Below, in pieces: positions 61,809-64,000 of a stretch of DNA of 64,000 nucleotides. Each line of letters begins with the position of its first letter. Positions within the stretch are counted from its first letter, which is position 1. The notes below the pieces were generated by a model, which was not told where the DNA came from, ran no database searches, and saw only the letters and a program-made list of their open reading frames with translations. Both the position numbers and the translations under genes were made by a program. The stretch is from assembly GCF_022045235.1 (NCBI RefSeq), contig NW_027266273.1:24180001-24244000 (forward strand), written 5' to 3'. The DNA is from Haliotis cracherodii. Taxonomy: Eukaryota.

Positions 61809-64000
61809 ATGGGTAATGATGTAATTCAACACCGTGTGGTGATCGGGGTTTTCAATTGTATTTTGTGTCAAAAGAGTCTGCGTTGCACACTTAAACTCAG
61901 CCTAAGTTGTACTTCATTGACTGTATTTTTTCTGAACGAATTTTACAAATTGTGTGATATACTACATGTCGAATGCAGAGCGTGCAGCGTGTTTGTATTT
62001 CTTTGTTTCATACAAGCTCAGATCAGAAGCGCTAATGTAACAATTGTATTGCTATTGTTGCTCATGCTAGCCGGGGACGTACATCCAAATCCTGGACCAC
62101 CGAACCGTGACAACGCTGACCAGTCACTGTCTATATTTCACCTAAATGCTAGAAGTATACGTAACAAACTCTCTTATTTAAGTGAATACCTTTCAGATTA
62201 CAGCGTCGTTTGTTTTACCGAGACACACCTAGATGACAGTATTAAAAATGAAGACTTGAGCTGGGAAAACTTTTACGAACCGGTACGAAAAGACAGAAAT
62301 ATGTTCGGTGGTGGTGTTATGATATATGTAAATAAGCTGTTATCTTTTAAAAGAAGACACGAATTAGAAAACATGCAAGACGAATCGATATGGATTCAAA
62401 TATGCTTACCTCAAAGCTCAATTTTATTGTGCTCTGTCTACAGACCTGAACATAATTCAGTGAACTTTTGGACTCGCTTAGATGATAGCATTGAAAATGC
62501 CCTGGATATTTCGTGCAAGATTACTATTGTTGGTGACATAAATGAAAACATGTTATTGTCTAGGAGCTTAAACGTAAATGAATTAATAAATAGGAAAAAT
62601 CTACAAAATATCATAACCGAGCCTACCAGAATTACGAACCATACCAGTAGTTTATTGGATCCTATTATTATCAGTGAAGATATAAAAGTCATCGACAGTG
62701 GTGTAATTGATTTTGATAGTAAAATTAGCGACCATAGGGGAACTTACATTGAAATAGACACTGGTTTGCGAACAAAATTAGCATATAAAAGAGAAATTTC
62801 ATGTTTCAAAAACGGTGACTATGATAAGCTCAATTCGCTCATTGAAAATACTTGCTGGAATGAATTATTTAGTCAAAATTCAAATGTTGATGAAGCATGT
62901 AATCTGTTCTATAAATACTTGAATAAATATGTTAAAATATGCATTCCAACCAAAGTAGTAACCATTCGTCCAAATGACAAACCTTGGTATGACTTCAGTT
63001 TAAGACGAGAATCCAGGAAAAGAGATAGATTAAAAAAGAAGGCTAGAAAAAGTAAAAAGGAAAAAGACATTCGGGCCTATAAAAATCAGAGGAACAAAGT
63101 AAATAACATGAAATGTCACGCTAAAGAACATTTTTACTCAAACCTCGATGAATTGCTATCAGAATTGCATGCAGAAAACAAACCCTCTTACTGGAAAGTT
63201 TTACGTTATGTTGTGAAGAACTCTGGCTCAGCTAACAACATAGCCGCTCTTAAAATGTATGATACGGACGAACACCCGACAATTTTTACTGATATTGAAA
63301 AGGCAGAGAAACTGAATAAATATTTTCAATCTATATCTGATGTCCACGATACAAGAACAACTATGCCCGACTTCACATTTCGTACAGAGACAGAGATAAA
63401 CAACATAATCATATCTAAAAAGGAAATTGAAGACATAATACAATGTTTGCCTCTTAATAAAGCCTCCGGACCGGATAAAATTTGTCATAAATTATTAAAG
63501 AAAACTGTATATTCTATAAGCGAAGCATTGTGTTTACTGTTCAATATGTCACTACAATCAAGTATATTTCCATCAGTGTGGAAAAAAGCAAACGTTATAC
63601 CATTATTTAAGAAAGGTGATCACACTATCGTTTCTAATTATAGACCGATATCACTCATTAGTTGTTTAGGAAAATTGTTTGAGAGAGTAGTGTTCAAACA
63701 TTTATATAATTATTTTCATGAGAACAAATTGTTGTATAAGTACCAATCTGGGTTTCAGGCTGGTCACTCAACTGTCCATCAACTAATAGAACTTTACCAC
63801 CAAATTTGTACAGCGTTAGATAACAAAGAAAACTATTGTATTGTATTCTGTGATGTATCAAAAGCCTTTGATCGTGTATGGCACAGTGGGCTTGTGTATA
63901 AATTAGAGAGGTATGGTATAAAAGGCCAATTGTTAAAATGGATCACCAGTTACATAAGTAATCGTAGCCAAAGCGTATTTGTGAATGGGGAAATATCCAA
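61809..64000 (+). CDS. CR1/L2-like LINE ORF2 (leader + 2A-like motif + APE endonuclease + reverse transcriptase), partial, runs off the window
   Basis: Translated by hand with no stop from ATG 61809 to 64000: LLMLAGDVHPNPGP, FHLNARSIRNK, CFTETHL, RKDR..GGGV, VGDIN, EPTR, LDPI, SDH, KASGPD, NYRPISL, QSGF, FCDVSKAFDRVWH. Missing from the ORF track because it has no stop codon in the window. Confidence 0.92.
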   Translation, partial: MGNDVIQHRVVIGVFNCILCQKSLRCTLKLSLSCTSLTVFFLNEFYKLCDILHVECRACSVFVFLCFIQAQIRSANVTIVLLLLLMLAGDVHPNPGPPNRDNADQSLSIFHLNARSIRNKLSYLSEYLSDYSVVCFTETHLDDSIKNEDLSWENFYEPVRKDRNMFGGGVMIYVNKLLSFKRRHELENMQDESIWIQICLPQSSILLCSVYRPEHNSVNFWTRLDDSIENALDISCKITIVGDINENMLLSRSLNVNELINRKNLQNIITEPTRITNHTSSLLDPIIISEDIKVIDSGVIDFDSKISDHRGTYIEIDTGLRTKLAYKREISCFKNGDYDKLNSLIENTCWNELFSQNSNVDEACNLFYKYLNKYVKICIPTKVVTIRPNDKPWYDFSLRRESRKRDRLKKKARKSKKEKDIRAYKNQRNKVNNMKCHAKEHFYSNLDELLSELHAENKPSYWKVLRYVVKNSGSANNIAALKMYDTDEHPTIFTDIEKAEKLNKYFQSISDVHDTRTTMPDFTFRTETEINNIIISKKEIEDIIQCLPLNKASGPDKICHKLLKKTVYSISEALCLLFNMSLQSSIFPSVWKKANVIPLFKKGDHTIVSNYRPISLISCLGKLFERVVFKHLYNYFHENKLLYKYQSGFQAGHSTVHQLIELYHQICTALDNKENYCIVFCDVSKAFDRVWHSGLVYKLERYGIKGQLLKWITSYISNRSQSVFVNGEIS
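62076..62099 (+). other. 2A-like motif variant DVHPNPGP
   Basis: GAC GTA CAT CCA AAT CCT GGA CCA after VLLLLMLAG, 10 codons before the APE start; H replaces the canonical E. Confidence 0.65.

Overview
Repeat-rich animal genomic DNA with spliceosomal GT-AG introns, SINEs, LINEs and minisatellites. The SINE families look molluscan, possibly abalone-like; this is recollection and was not verified. The backbone is a tandem cluster of five intact, diverged paralogues of an uncharacterised ~8-TM membrane protein whose first five helices carry TSPO/MBR-like motifs: A 5325-6368(-), B 21038-22657(+), C 29773-31675(-), D 42845-47078(-), E 52376-54346(-). I rebuilt the exons by hand. All five share a phase-1 intron after TM1, D alone has an extra phase-2 intron, and D's first coding splice donor has been amplified into a 42-bp minisatellite. 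Between the genes are: decayed RTE-X-like LINEs (one nested, with a 7-bp TSD, in a long-spacer D83E Tc1/mariner transposon); a Kolobok-like element carrying a DEDDh exonuclease; a CR1/L2-like LINE with an open ORF2 running off the window end; two 2A-like (DxxxNPGP) motifs; Penelope-type minimal hammerhead ribozymes; four SINE-like families sharing a 3' module, one with a non-tRNA, highly structured 5' head; and eight tandem arrays, one with a 1082-bp higher-order period. Most short ORFs in the track are by-products of repeats. Repeat boundaries are approximate unless a TSD or TIR is quoted. Family names rest on motif recognition, not database searches.
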